Below, piece by piece: positions 10,569-20,632 of a DNA stretch of 64,000 nucleotides. The position numbers and the translations under genes were made by a program. The notes beneath the pieces were generated by a model. The model did not search any database, had not been told where the DNA came from, and saw only the letters and a program-made list of their open reading frames with translations. This DNA comes from a virus. The stretch spans positions 96,001 through 160,000 of IMG/VR virus record IMGVR_UViG_3300044712_000991; one strand, 5' to 3'. How positions within the stretch are numbered: position 1 is the stretch's first letter; each line of letters starts with the position of its first letter.

Positions 10569-11516
10569 TTACTGGCTGATGGTGCCGGAGTGTGTACCGC
10601 GTGCCACGCCGTTTGCGACCAGCGCCGCCATACCGATCTCTTCGTAGGCCACGTAACCAATCGAGGCCTGCTTCGGAGCATCATCCGGCATGAGGATCAG
10701 TTCGGTACGGACAGGCATCACACCGAAGAAGCGGGGCTCCGCAAGGGAGTACACGCTACCACGCTGGATGAGGCGGCTGACGATGAGGTCAATCCCCCAG
10801 ATCGAGCCGTACAGGCCGGTCTCAAGGACTTCACGCAACGACACCGGATCGAGGTCCTTGGTGGACCACACGCGGATATCCGCGAACGAACGGAAGCGCA
10901 TGAGGAACGCGTACTGAGGCAGATCGTTGTCCATCACACTCGTGCTCAGGTCGTTCAGGAACGTCTTGGACGCACCGGCCGCACCGACCACGTACGGAAC
11001 TGCGGTCGTGTTGCCAGCGGTGGTGGCGTTCAGGAGGGCGATGAACTGAAGGTCTTCCTGCTCCTGCACGGAAATCTTCAACGCCTCTTGGGTACGATCG
11101 AGGATGTTGAAGCGCCGTTGCTGGATTTCGCTCAGACGGATGTTGGCATCCGCGAAGATTTCCCAGGTTGTGGGCTCAACGTACGTGCCGTTGATGTCCA
11201 CCTGGTTCACTGCGCCCTGCTTGGCCACCACGAACGCCGCGATCTGGGACTTGATGTCCTTATCGTAGCGGACGATCTGACCCTGTGCCAGGATGTCGAT
11301 CTCCAGGAACTTCCGAGCCACACCGACGTAGTCGAGTTGCTCGCGGATCGGGACTGCCATCTGCGCACCGACTGCCTGCCGACCTGCTTCGGTCTGGAGG
11401 GCATCGAATACCTGGTCAACGCCCATTGCGGCGTCGTTGTACGTCTGGTACGCATCGTTCATCGGGGCATCGCTCGATGTGGTGGCAAACCCTGCTTGGG
11501 GTTGGTTCTTGCTCAT
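10569..11516 (-). CDS. Major capsid protein (HK97 fold, 315 aa)
   Basis: PIREQLDYVGVARKFL..D.LAQG..VRYDKD motif of large-phage MCPs; order scaffold-decoration-MCP-adaptor; strong GAGAGAGG RBS and a downstream terminator. Confidence 0.85.
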   Translation of the reverse strand: MSKNQPQAGFATTSSDAPMNDAYQTYNDAAMGVDQVFDALQTEAGRQAVGAQMAVPIREQLDYVGVARKFLEIDILAQGQIVRYDKDIKSQIAAFVVAKQGAVNQVDINGTYVEPTTWEIFADANIRLSEIQQRRFNILDRTQEALKISVQEQEDLQFIALLNATTAGNTTAVPYVVGAAGASKTFLNDLSTSVMDNDLPQYAFLMRFRSFADIRVWSTKDLDPVSLREVLETGLYGSIWGIDLIVSRLIQRGSVYSLAEPRFFGVMPVRTELILMPDDAPKQASIGYVAYEEIGMAALVANGVARGTHSGTISQ

Positions 11517-11641
11517 GATCTACCTCTCTCATGTGATGATGGTGAATATGTCTGCGGGAGTACCGCAGTTATGGAACAGCGTGCAGCCATGGGGGTGGAG
11601 TTTACGGTACCCCACCCAGACCGTGTGGATCGCGCCGAGTG

Positions 11642-12115
11642 TTAGATGCGGAACAGCACGCCCAACGTGTAGTCGTTGGCGGCCGAAGGCACCTGGATGA
11701 CCTTGGCGATGACCGAGGCCGACCCCGGGTTGTTCGGTACACCCGATGCCACGGAGGCCGTGACAGTCAGGCGACCGAGGGAGTTCACCCACAGGCTCTG
11801 ACCGACCGAGGCGCTCTCGACATCGAGGGCATACGCACGCGTGGCGCTGGATGTAGCGACTTCCGTGCTGTGATTGATGTACACCTTGGTACCCGAACCG
11901 TAGATACCCGACAGCACAGACCCCGTTGGGGGTGCGCTCAGGTTGGTCGTCGGATCGGTGCCCATGAACAGTGCGTTGTCGCCGGAAGCCAGGGATGCCT
12001 CACCACTTGCATTGAGGGTGAAGAAGTTTCCCGGCTGCCAGCCAGTGGTGATCGTGGTCGCGGTGACCTTGAAGGTGTCCTTGGCGAACGTGCGTTGAAC
12101 CAGTACTTTACTCAT
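11642..12115 (-). CDS. Capsid decoration/stabilising protein (157 aa)
   Basis: Small beta-rich ORF between scaffold and MCP, sharing the GAGAGAGGTA RBS with the MCP gene. Confidence 0.6.
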   Translation of the reverse strand: MSKVLVQRTFAKDTFKVTATTITTGWQPGNFFTLNASGEASLASGDNALFMGTDPTTNLSAPPTGSVLSGIYGSGTKVYINHSTEVATSSATRAYALDVESASVGQSLWVNSLGRLTVTASVASGVPNNPGSASVIAKVIQVPSAANDYTLGVLFRI

Positions 12116-12211
12116 GTGATACCTCTCTCAGAATGAAACAGTGGACGAGCGAACGACTTGTGTCTCAGGGTGACCCCCGCGCAAACGGAGGTCACCCGAC
12201 GAGCGTGCTTC

Positions 12212-14044
12212 TTACTTCTGCCGATACGTGGCCTTCACGCGCCGCGTGGCCTCGGTCTCGGGATTGATACCCTTCTTCCGCAGCCTGTTCGCAATGGTGT
12301 TCAGACCATGCACGAAGGACTTCGGAGCCAGGGAGGACGTGGTGTGCATCTGTGGCACGAGCGAACTCGCCGCGCTGATCTTGCCTTCGGACTTCACTTC
12401 CGGCTTCAGACCATCCGTACTGACCGAACTGTTCTTCGGGTCACGGACGCTCTCGTGGGTGTTCGCGAGAATACCCGTTTCCACCTCTTCGTTCTCGGGG
12501 ATGCGTGCCTCTTTGATGGCCGCTTCCTTCACGATGGGCAGGGTGTTCAGGAGTTCGAGTTGCGCAGCGAACTTCTCGTTCGAGTACGCCACGACCTCAC
12601 GCGCCTTCGTAGCAATGGCCTGCTTCGTGAACGGAATCACGCCACGGGAGGCTGCCACGCGGGCGAAGTCCACAGCCTTGCGGGCGCGAGCTGCGCGTAC
12701 CTGGAGCGATGCTTCGGTCTTGACCGAGCCCGTACCAACGGACTCCCCGGTGTTCCCGCCTTCGAGACCGCCTTCGGTATCATTCGCGGACTCTGTTTCG
12801 GGCTTGTATGCGACGTTCATCTCCGCACCACCCTTGGTCACCGCACCGGCCTTGTCCTGATTGATGCCCATGCCGAGGTCGGTGGCCTGCTTCTGGCTCG
12901 ATGTCAGTTCGCGTGCGAACTCCGAATCACCGAATGCATCGGCGTAGTACGCACGGAGCTTCGACTTGTCCTTCACCTTCGGTTCACGCGCCGTGGTCTG
13001 CAACCCGAGGGAATCCAGTTCGGCGTTCATGAACGATGCGACGGTCTCAATGCCGTTCTTGCGGATGTGCTCCTCCACGTTCCGAGCAAAACTCGGGGAG
13101 GTGAAGATTTCGTAGTTCGCGGCGGTCTTCGGACCGATGGCGGGGCTCAGTTGCTCCCATGTGGCGACCGCATAGCGACCCTTGCCATCCTTGTTGAGCG
13201 AACGCATGACGATCGCGGAGCCGAACACGGGGTTCTTCTTCACGACCTTCGCATTGACATACGCGCCGAACTCGTGGGGGTTACCCTCATCGATCAGCCG
13301 TGGGTCGGACGAGGGGTTGGGCATCCGATCTTCTTTGCCCTTGTTACGCTTGAACTCCTCGTTACCCGCCTCGAACTGCTTGATCTCCTTGCGAGCCGAG
13401 TAGTTGATGTCGCCGTTGATACCCTTGTCACCCGAGAACTCTGCGCCCGTTGGGGGCACGGCAGTCGCCAGGACTTTCCCGAGCTCGTTCCACACGCGGA
13501 TACCCTCGCGGACGTTCTGCACGATCTCGTGGGTGGAACCCGCCTGGGCCGACCCTTGCTTCCGACGCAGGAGGTACGCCCAGTGCCGAATGCTGTCCTT
13601 CGCATCGTCAATGGCCGAGGCCGCTTGCTTGGTCAGAAGACCGAACTCGTTCTGCATCTTCGAGGAGAACCGCGCCGTTTGGCTGGCAGTCTTCTCTTCC
13701 ATCTCTTCTCCCTGCCCGGTGATGGCATCGATGCCATCCACAACGGCCTTGAGGTCTGTGATAGCTTCATTCACGACCTTCTTCGCCTCTTCGGGGGTCT
13801 TGATCTCTTCTTCCTTCTTCTCACCCTTTTCGCCACCGATTTCATCCGGCACGGGCGTGGCCATCTCGGGTCCACCCAGTCCAGCCTCATCTTCGGGAGC
13901 CATGTCACCATCACCCGCACCAACGAACTGCTCGGGCATTGAGTCCGCGATCTTCTTCAGGAGGAAACTCGCCCACTTCCGTGTGGTGTGAAGTTCGGAG
14001 AGCATCGACTTGAGATTCGAGTTGACTTGCGCTGTACTGAGCAT
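12212..14044 (-). CDS. Prohead scaffolding/core protein (610 aa)
   Basis: Charged, coiled-coil/low-complexity protein upstream of the decoration and MCP genes. Start refined to ATG 14044 (GGAG RBS). Confidence 0.55.
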   Translation of the reverse strand: MLSTAQVNSNLKSMLSELHTTRKWASFLLKKIADSMPEQFVGAGDGDMAPEDEAGLGGPEMATPVPDEIGGEKGEKKEEEIKTPEEAKKVVNEAITDLKAVVDGIDAITGQGEEMEEKTASQTARFSSKMQNEFGLLTKQAASAIDDAKDSIRHWAYLLRRKQGSAQAGSTHEIVQNVREGIRVWNELGKVLATAVPPTGAEFSGDKGINGDINYSARKEIKQFEAGNEEFKRNKGKEDRMPNPSSDPRLIDEGNPHEFGAYVNAKVVKKNPVFGSAIVMRSLNKDGKGRYAVATWEQLSPAIGPKTAANYEIFTSPSFARNVEEHIRKNGIETVASFMNAELDSLGLQTTAREPKVKDKSKLRAYYADAFGDSEFARELTSSQKQATDLGMGINQDKAGAVTKGGAEMNVAYKPETESANDTEGGLEGGNTGESVGTGSVKTEASLQVRAARARKAVDFARVAASRGVIPFTKQAIATKAREVVAYSNEKFAAQLELLNTLPIVKEAAIKEARIPENEEVETGILANTHESVRDPKNSSVSTDGLKPEVKSEGKISAASSLVPQMHTTSSLAPKSFVHGLNTIANRLRKKGINPETEATRRVKATYRQK

Positions 14045-14147
14045 AGGGCACTCCATGGAAAATTGACAGTATCGTATCGGCGGGTAGTAGTTCGCCATTC
14101 AACATATACATAGGCGGGAGACCCCCAAATTTATAGGGGGTGGGGAC

Positions 14148-14183
14148 AAAAAAATACGTTGCCCCCTGGGAGGGCAACGTATT
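14148..14183 (-). terminator. Rho-independent terminator separating accessory and structural regions
   Basis: 12-bp stem AATACGTTGCCC/GGGCAACGTATT followed by a U-run on the minus strand. Confidence 0.85.
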
Positions 14184-14222
14184 GTTTACCTGTAAGCCTG
14201 TAACGGGTAGACCCCGTTGGGG

Positions 14223-15089
14223 TTAACCCTTGTTGACTGGTTCCCCACATGAACCACAGAATTTGTCCCGTAATTCAAGGGGTTCCCGACATTGTGTGCA
14301 GAACTTCCTGAGGGTCATGCAGGTTTCCTTGACCGTCACGGGCTGCCCTAGAGCGGGGGCGTTGATTTGGAACTCCATCGTGACCTCCGTATCACCGAGA
14401 GCCTGGGCGTAGGTGTAGGAGAACTTCTGGTTGGACCCCCCTCCCTCGACCGTCGCACCCTTCAGCGTGCCCGAGGTGTATTCGGGGGCAAAGGAGGTCG
14501 AGCAGTTTAGGGCAGTGTTGCCAATCATTCCCTGCTCCATGACGACCCCTGCGCTCGATGTACTACAGGGCATAGATTGCGCGGAGTCATGTACAGCATC
14601 GGGACAGTATGACAGGGGTTCGATACGCACGGATCGGATGCTGATGCGCGGTCGCGGGGCTTCCCACTGGGCGGTAATACGTACGAGGCCGTTTGCGTTC
14701 GATGTGGGATTCTGCACTTCAGATGAGGTCAGGGACACGAATTTGAACTTCCGCCCCTTATCGAGCCGCCCATCGAGAACGAAGCGTTCGAGGTGAGTCT
14801 CGGCCTTACCATCCACGACGAGTTTGTTTCCACCGAGAACATCCGTACCATCGATCTCGACACCGATGATGGCGCGTTCAGTGGACATGTTCTTGAAGAA
14901 CAACACGTACTCCGAGTCGAAGGGTAGGTACAAGAAGGCCTTCTTGCGGAAATGTGTTTTGCTGTGGAGGAGAGAGTTTGAGACCGATGCTCCTGAGGAG
15001 TAAATGTTGGTCTCGCGGAGAGTGGAGCCATCAGTCTTCTGAACGGCTACCACGAGTTGGTGGAGATGCATAGAGGTGTATCCTTTCAC
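14223..15089 (-). CDS. Hypothetical protein with C-terminal double zinc ribbon
   Basis: 288-aa ORF ending CTQC...CGSC. Confidence 0.65.
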   Translation of the reverse strand: MKGYTSMHLHQLVVAVQKTDGSTLRETNIYSSGASVSNSLLHSKTHFRKKAFLYLPFDSEYVLFFKNMSTERAIIGVEIDGTDVLGGNKLVVDGKAETHLERFVLDGRLDKGRKFKFVSLTSSEVQNPTSNANGLVRITAQWEAPRPRISIRSVRIEPLSYCPDAVHDSAQSMPCSTSSAGVVMEQGMIGNTALNCSTSFAPEYTSGTLKGATVEGGGSNQKFSYTYAQALGDTEVTMEFQINAPALGQPVTVKETCMTLRKFCTQCREPLELRDKFCGSCGEPVNKG

Positions 15090-15222
15090 ACGACTGTTCC
15101 AACGGCAGTCGTACTTTTTTGAGTTGGAGGTCTACAATGGGGGAGTTGGGGCGGCACCATTATCGCCCGTTGGACTCTGTGTTCGCAGATTATCGCATAT
15201 CGCGATTTGCAAACTGGAATAA

Positions 15223-15261
15223 AAATTCTACCCCATAGATAGGCTCCATGGGGTAGAATTT
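15223..15261. terminator. Terminator-like hairpin
   Basis: 13-bp inverted repeat AAATTCTACCCCA/TGGGGTAGAATTT in an intergenic gap. Confidence 0.6.
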
Positions 15262-15290
15262 ATAGCCTACGGGAGGGTCTTGTGCGAGGA

Positions 15291-15593
15291 TCACCACCCG
15301 TTGTCGGGTGGGTCTCCCTCCTTGCGCTCCTTGGCTTCAGCGGTGTAGTTGTAACTGACATACGCGCTGACCACAAAGCGCTCAGGTTCCTCCGTACCGG
15401 GTTCGGCCTCGGCGTGCTTGATGTACACCACGACCGACTCGCTCTCATCCCTGAGGAGTGGATGTTCATCTTCATCATACAACTTCCCTGCCTCCGATGC
15501 TGCATCCTCGGCATCGAGACCCTCAATGGGACGCCACTCATCCTCCCCATGATACCCAGGAATGTTGTACAAGAACTTGATGGTGCTACCCAT
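15291..15593 (-). CDS. Hypothetical acidic protein (100 aa)
   Basis: ORF overlapping the phosphatase stop codon. Confidence 0.6.
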   Translation of the reverse strand: MGSTIKFLYNIPGYHGEDEWRPIEGLDAEDAASEAGKLYDEDEHPLLRDESESVVVYIKHAEAEPGTEEPERFVVSAYVSYNYTAEAKERKEGDPPDNGW

Positions 15594-16362
15594 GAGCGGG
15601 TACTCCTTTCACTTGAAGTACATGTAGTTCAGGGAAGGACACAGCGGTCAGTACACCAGACTCGTAGCATCCTGTGTCCACCCCGCACGTGTGGTTCACG
15701 AACCTCGGGGTCTCCCCGATGATGCGGTGACCGTAGAACACGAAGTCCTTCCCTTCGTATGTGTTCTCCCACTCAATGCGATTGGGGAACCCCTCGGGGG
15801 TCACGCCATCCCTCGGACCGAACAGCGCGTACGGTGCGACCTTCTCCACCGGATCGTTGAGCATGCCCTCGTAGTACCCCGCGTGCACCACGACCGCCTG
15901 TTGACCATCGGGTGTGCGCAGGACAGCCATGAGAGGCCACTTGGCAAGCAATCTCCTGTAGTTCTCGACCCACGGGTGACCCACCCCCGTGACTTGGAAC
16001 ATCGTCTGCTCCAGACCGTTCGTGAGTTGCACCTGTGCACCCCCGAGAGCCCTCATGAGTTTGTGGTCGTGATTGCCGAGCACGACCTCGAACGCCGAGT
16101 GGGGATTGTCATCGTACACCCCCACGGTGTACGCCTTGTAGTACGCCGTGTGCAAGGCCATCAGCGAGTCGGGTCCACGGTCGCAGATGTCCCCCGCACA
16201 GACCACCGCGCTCTGTACAGGCACCTCCCCACCGAGATCGTACTCCTTGATCTGTTGCAGGAGTTGCTCGAACTGCGTGTTCATCCCGTGCACATCTCCG
16301 ATGATCCAGAAGCGCGGGGCTTCGATGACCTTCGTCTTCAACAGATTACTGAACTTCGCCAT
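15586..16362 (-). CDS. Metallophosphoesterase (PPP/Pnkp phosphatase domain)
   Basis: Motifs GDVHG, GDICDRGPDS, GNHD, HAG, YGH, VDTGC. Confidence 0.9.
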   Translation of the reverse strand: MAKFSNLLKTKVIEAPRFWIIGDVHGMNTQFEQLLQQIKEYDLGGEVPVQSAVVCAGDICDRGPDSLMALHTAYYKAYTVGVYDDNPHSAFEVVLGNHDHKLMRALGGAQVQLTNGLEQTMFQVTGVGHPWVENYRRLLAKWPLMAVLRTPDGQQAVVVHAGYYEGMLNDPVEKVAPYALFGPRDGVTPEGFPNRIEWENTYEGKDFVFYGHRIIGETPRFVNHTCGVDTGCYESGVLTAVSFPELHVLQVKGVPAHG

Positions 16363-16840
16363 TGCTCACCTTGTCCTCGTTGATGAATGGAAACGATCTC
16401 TGGAGATCGATGTGATATCTCGCCACAACATCCTCGGGCACCTTGCGGTCTCGCAGGGCGTTCGCCGCGAGAGCCTCCTCCACGGAGGTGTCGATGATGA
16501 TGTACACCACGCGGTAGCCGTACTTGCGTGCGTAGTCCTGCATGATCTTCCGTGTGCGTGCCTTCACCATGTACGCCGCATCGAAGATGACATCCACACG
16601 GGCGGTCATCGTGGCGTGCATGCGTTCGTACGCGAGTGCCCAGGCACGACCGTTCACCGACTGGTCGGACTCATTACCCACGAGTTCCCCACGGATGGTG
16701 TCGGGGCAGATGACGTTCACCCTCAGGAGATCGGCGTGCGTGAGCAGACCGTACTCCAGGATTTTGGCTAGCGTGGACTTCCCGCTCGCGATACCCCCGA
16801 TAAGGAGGTACAACACGGGGGTTCTGTTCGGCATCTCCAT
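16346..16840 (-). CDS. P-loop kinase (AAA_33 / polynucleotide kinase domain)
   Basis: Walker A GGIASGKS, CPDTIR, and lid motif R.RKVPEDVV; overlaps the phosphatase start. Confidence 0.85.
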   Translation of the reverse strand: MEMPNRTPVLYLLIGGIASGKSTLAKILEYGLLTHADLLRVNVICPDTIRGELVGNESDQSVNGRAWALAYERMHATMTARVDVIFDAAYMVKARTRKIMQDYARKYGYRVVYIIIDTSVEEALAANALRDRKVPEDVVARYHIDLQRSFPFINEDKVSNGEVQ

Positions 16841-17259
16841 CAGTCTTCTTCCTTTTCTGCTTTCGGGCGTGCCACCTTCTTCACGAGTTCCGCGTGTTTC
16901 GCGGGGTCGTACGGGATGACCTCTGTGTTGGGCGAGATGCCCGTGGTACTTCCTGTGGCGGGGTACGCAACATCTATGGTGCCCCACCCAACACCGAGAA
17001 TCTTGACCACCTTGTTGCACTCGGGGATGACGTACATCTCCCCCACCTTCCCCTCGTAGAGAAAGAACACCCCCTTGGGGAGTGCGTACGGGCGTTCGGT
17101 CGGGACATCCGATTCCTCGGGCGCTGGTGTTTGCGGGGGCGCTTGCCGTGCCTTCTCTTCCTCAAGCATCTCCTGGATTGCGATGGCCTTCTGCCCCTCG
17201 TACTCCGCCTCCACCAACTGCTCAGTCTGTTCTTCGGACATCTGTTGCTGCTCTGACAT
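16840..17259 (-). CDS. Hypothetical protein (139 aa)
   Basis: ORF with AAGGAG RBS, translationally coupled to the kinase. Confidence 0.6.
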   Translation of the reverse strand: MSEQQQMSEEQTEQLVEAEYEGQKAIAIQEMLEEEKARQAPPQTPAPEESDVPTERPYALPKGVFFLYEGKVGEMYVIPECNKVVKILGVGWGTIDVAYPATGSTTGISPNTEVIPYDPAKHAELVKKVARPKAEKEED

Positions 17260-17333
17260 ACAGTACGCTCCTTGTGCGTAATACAAGAGGGGTGCCCCGA
17301 AGGAGCGCCCCCGTGCTGTGTGCGTTCAGTGAG

Positions 17334-18386
17334 TTAGTTACTGCTGATCGACATTCCTGTACTCTGCATGGGCTTCAGGCGCTCCGAGTACTCGACCGCG
17401 AGGTCGAACGCCTTCTGCTTGTTCGCCCGTGCGGGGCCGGTGAGGATGCTCAACGCCCGCGTGTCTGCCGAGCGGAAGTTCGACGCGTGATCCACGAACT
17501 CCGTGTACGCGTTGTACGCTCCCCAGACCGTGCCGTGCGTGGTCTCCAACTGCGCACCATGACCGACCTCCGCGAGCTTCATCACCAGCTCACGACGCTC
17601 CTTGATCCGTCCGACCACGAGCTCGGACACAGCCTCCTCGTTCTCCTTCTTCTCGGGCATCGGGAGCAGAGTCTCCACATACTTCACGAGATCATCGGCA
17701 GACATCCGTGCGACTGCCATCGAGTTGAACGCCCGTTCGAGTTCCTTGTTGTACTGATTGACGAGTCCCATCGTGCGCGAGGCCTCCTTCATGCGCTCCT
17801 CGGCGGATGCGGTGTGCCTGATGGCGACCTGCGAGACTGCCGAGCGCAGAGCGGCGTTGAGAGTGTTGTTGCACACCACGCGCACGTCGGTGAACATCGC
17901 GAGCAACGAGCTTGTACCATCATGCCAGTTCGCCAACAGCACGAACTTCTTGATCTTGTCCTCATCCGACCCGAGAATCTTGATGTACTCGGGGAGTGCC
18001 GCGAGGAGGAACACCGAGCGACCGGCCTTGAGGATGCCCGCGGTTTCGTAGATCGCTTCACCCGCGCCGACCACATGGTCGAAGAACCCGAAGGCCGCCG
18101 TATTCTGAATGGGCGTGTAGTCCCGACCCACCCGACCGCACAGGACGCTCTCCGAGCCATCCTTGTTCACCCGCACCGTGGAGAAACTGTCGCGGAGGGT
18201 CACCACCTGGGGGCGTCCAGCGACCATCAGGTGCGTCTGGTTCGGACGCTTCTCGACCTTGAAGTCAAACCCGATGGCCTCGATGATCTCCTGCGCGTTC
18301 ACCAGGTCCTTGGGGGTGACGACCCCCAACTCGTGCCACGGCAGGATACCCTTGGCGCTGATCATGTTCTCGACTTCGTGTGACAT
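17334..18386 (-). CDS. DUF932 / TIGR03299 phage-plasmid-like protein
   Basis: PWHELG, YTPIQN..AFGF, YETAG.L..GR.VF, HDG.SS, VRVVCNNTL and IRHT motifs. Confidence 0.85.
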   Translation of the reverse strand: MSHEVENMISAKGILPWHELGVVTPKDLVNAQEIIEAIGFDFKVEKRPNQTHLMVAGRPQVVTLRDSFSTVRVNKDGSESVLCGRVGRDYTPIQNTAAFGFFDHVVGAGEAIYETAGILKAGRSVFLLAALPEYIKILGSDEDKIKKFVLLANWHDGTSSLLAMFTDVRVVCNNTLNAALRSAVSQVAIRHTASAEERMKEASRTMGLVNQYNKELERAFNSMAVARMSADDLVKYVETLLPMPEKKENEEAVSELVVGRIKERRELVMKLAEVGHGAQLETTHGTVWGAYNAYTEFVDHASNFRSADTRALSILTGPARANKQKAFDLAVEYSERLKPMQSTGMSISSN

Positions 18387-18439
18387 AGTGTGCCTTTCTT
18401 CGTTGTGTGCTACGATCGGTTGTTTATTAAGTACGTACC

Positions 18440-18468
18440 AATATAGCACACGCAGGACTGAAAGTCAA
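18440..18468 (-). promoter_or_regulatory. sigma70-type early promoter
   Basis: TTGACT-17 bp-TATATT. Confidence 0.8.
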
Positions 18469-18482
18469 GTACAAAATGCAGT

Positions 18483-19857
18483 CTACCGAACTTTTTTCTT
18501 GAACTTCCGGAGGTGGTTGTAGTGCCTGATGTGCGTGACCCCCTTGGTCTCCCCGCACACACAGCACACACCCTCGTGCATCGTGACCACCCAGTCCGCC
18601 ATACCCCTGCGATGTATCTGCTCGGCGGTCAGGAAGCGTATCCCGCATGAGGGACACACATAGTTCGGGTCGTGCTTAGGCTTCTTTTTTCGGGGTGCGC
18701 CCACTGCGTTCCTCCTTGAGCCGCTTGTTTCTTCGCTTCACGACCTCAAACGCTTCATCCGCATCGACCATCGTCTCGTACGTCCCCCGTGTGGGGCGGA
18801 TGGTCGTGTACTCCCACTCAGGGAGCCCCGTAGTGGGGCTGTCCCTGAGAAAGATGTACGCACGCTCTTCCTGTTTGTGCGTGGAGTCCGAAAGAGAGAA
18901 CGCATCTCCTGCTCCTCCCGTGTCCTGTGCTGGTTCTGCTGCAAGTAGTTCCATCAGCGCCATGTCCTCTCTTGTTGGTAGATCAAAATCATGTTCGGTG
19001 TCCATAGGGTGTTCCTCGGGAGTTGTTTCTCACAACTCCGGCAAGTACAACATTTCCGCGTCCCATGCGCCGAGGATGTGGTAGTAGAACCCGAACGGCG
19101 AGGAGGCGAGCAAGATGGGGTCGCGCTTCCCGTACGCTTCGTTGAACGACTCGGGGGTCGCGATGACGAACAGCAGGGGCTTCTTGCCCGTGAGTTCCTT
19201 GCACTTCTTGATGTACGCGGTCATGATGCGCGTGGCATCCGCAGGGAACTCAGGGATGAAGATGTCCGCAGGGCGCTTCACAAGCCCGTGCTTGGTGCAC
19301 AGCGCCTGGACCTTGGCATCATCCGTGGTGTCGAACTGAGCGAAGAACTGCCCGAACGGGGTGCCCGTGGAGTCCAGTTCCTCGACCTTCTTCCGGTTCT
19401 CCAGGAGGTCGATGAGCGCTTGGAGTTCGTTGCGAGCAACATGCTGCTGTGTGATCTCCAGTTTCTCCTTCAGGAGGTCGATCTTGGAGTCCAGACCGTT
19501 GAGTGCCCACATGGTAGGGCGACGTTCGAGTTCCGCTAGGACGGACTTGGGGGTCACGGGGACTTCGATGGTCTGCCGTTTCACGCGCTTCCGCCTTGAG
19601 GAGGCTTTTGTGCGCCCCCGCCGACCAGGAAAGTCGTTCTGCGAAACTTCCACAACCCCTCCCGAGCCATAACGGTCGGGGCTGAAGTCCATGAGATACT
19701 CCGCCTCCTGCTTGAAGAACACGTCATTCGGGGGGGATGTGATGTACATGGAGCCCGAGGACACTGTGCTCGTTTCTGGCACGGGCACATCAACTACGGG
19801 CGCACTCGGTGCGATGCCAATCAGCTTCTGAAACATCTGTGCGATATACTGGAACAT
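18483..19857 (-). CDS. Three hypothetical ORFs (18483-18704 Zn-finger-like, 18676-19005, 19030-19857)
   Basis: Coupled or closely spaced ORFs with RBSs; no function recognised. Confidence 0.55.
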
Positions 19858-19880
19858 GTGAACCTCCTGTGATTGAATGG

Positions 19881-20384
19881 TTATTTACCGTGACACTTCT
19901 TGTACTTCTCGCCGCTTCCGCAGAAACAGGGGTCGTTGCGACCGATGTTCGTCGGGATAACGACCCCTGTGTCGGTCATCAGAAGACCATCGAGGTGGTC
20001 GAGTTCGTGCTGGTAGACGATGGCATCCATCTCGGTCAGCACGTACGTCCCACCGAGGTCATCCGAGGCCTCGCACTGAGAGTAGCGTGGGACGAGACAT
20101 TGTACTCCGGGAAGGCTGAGGCAACCCTCGCGGGACTCCACGAGGGGCTCCCGGAGTTCGCGCATCATGGGGTTCGCCACCCTGATGATCTTCCGCTCGT
20201 CCTCAACCATCGAGTAGTACACGAACGCCCTGCGCTGGATACCCACCTGTGGGGCGGACACTCCAATGGCCTCCGAGCATCCTCTGAGCGTTTCTTCGAG
20301 GATGCGGAAGACCTGCTCCTGTTCCTCGACCGCAAGGGGGAGGCAGATGAGACTCAACTGCTGCCTGTCGGTCACGATGCGCAT
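19881..20384 (-). CDS. def: Peptide deformylase with C-terminal SEC-C motif
   Basis: PDF motifs AIGVSAPQVG, EGCLS and HELDHLDG; C terminus GRNDPCFCGSGEKYKKCH; GGAGG RBS. Confidence 0.9.
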   Translation of the reverse strand: MRIVTDRQQLSLICLPLAVEEQEQVFRILEETLRGCSEAIGVSAPQVGIQRRAFVYYSMVEDERKIIRVANPMMRELREPLVESREGCLSLPGVQCLVPRYSQCEASDDLGGTYVLTEMDAIVYQHELDHLDGLLMTDTGVVIPTNIGRNDPCFCGSGEKYKKCHGK

Positions 20385-20632
20385 GTGCACCCTCCTGCAT
20401 CGCACAGCGTAGGCGCTTCAATCGTGGAGGTGGATAAGACCTTCACGAACAGCACGCCCCGATGTTTCTGCTCCTCAGGGGCATCCTCGACACCCACACT
20501 GACAAGTCCTGCCAGGGGTGGGACTTCCTTGTACGCCACCTGTGTCGAGATAGAAGCGAGCAGTTGCTTCGCATCATCCTCCGACAGCAGGAGAGTCCAG
20601 CGCTTCATGCTCTCATTGTATTCCAGAGTCAT
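20372..20632 (-). CDS. Hypothetical protein (86 aa)
   Basis: ORF overlapping both neighbours. Confidence 0.5.
   Translation of the reverse strand: MTLEYNESMKRWTLLLSEDDAKQLLASISTQVAYKEVPPLAGLVSVGVEDAPEEQKHRGVLFVKVLSTSTIEAPTLCDAGGCTCAS

Noticed and set aside
10509-13942. Long plus-strand ORFs (e.g. 10509-11645, 12158-13942, 17082-18383, 38294-39706, 44723-45799)
   Set aside because: They are antisense shadows of well-supported minus-strand genes in GC3-rich sequence, with no motifs or RBS.
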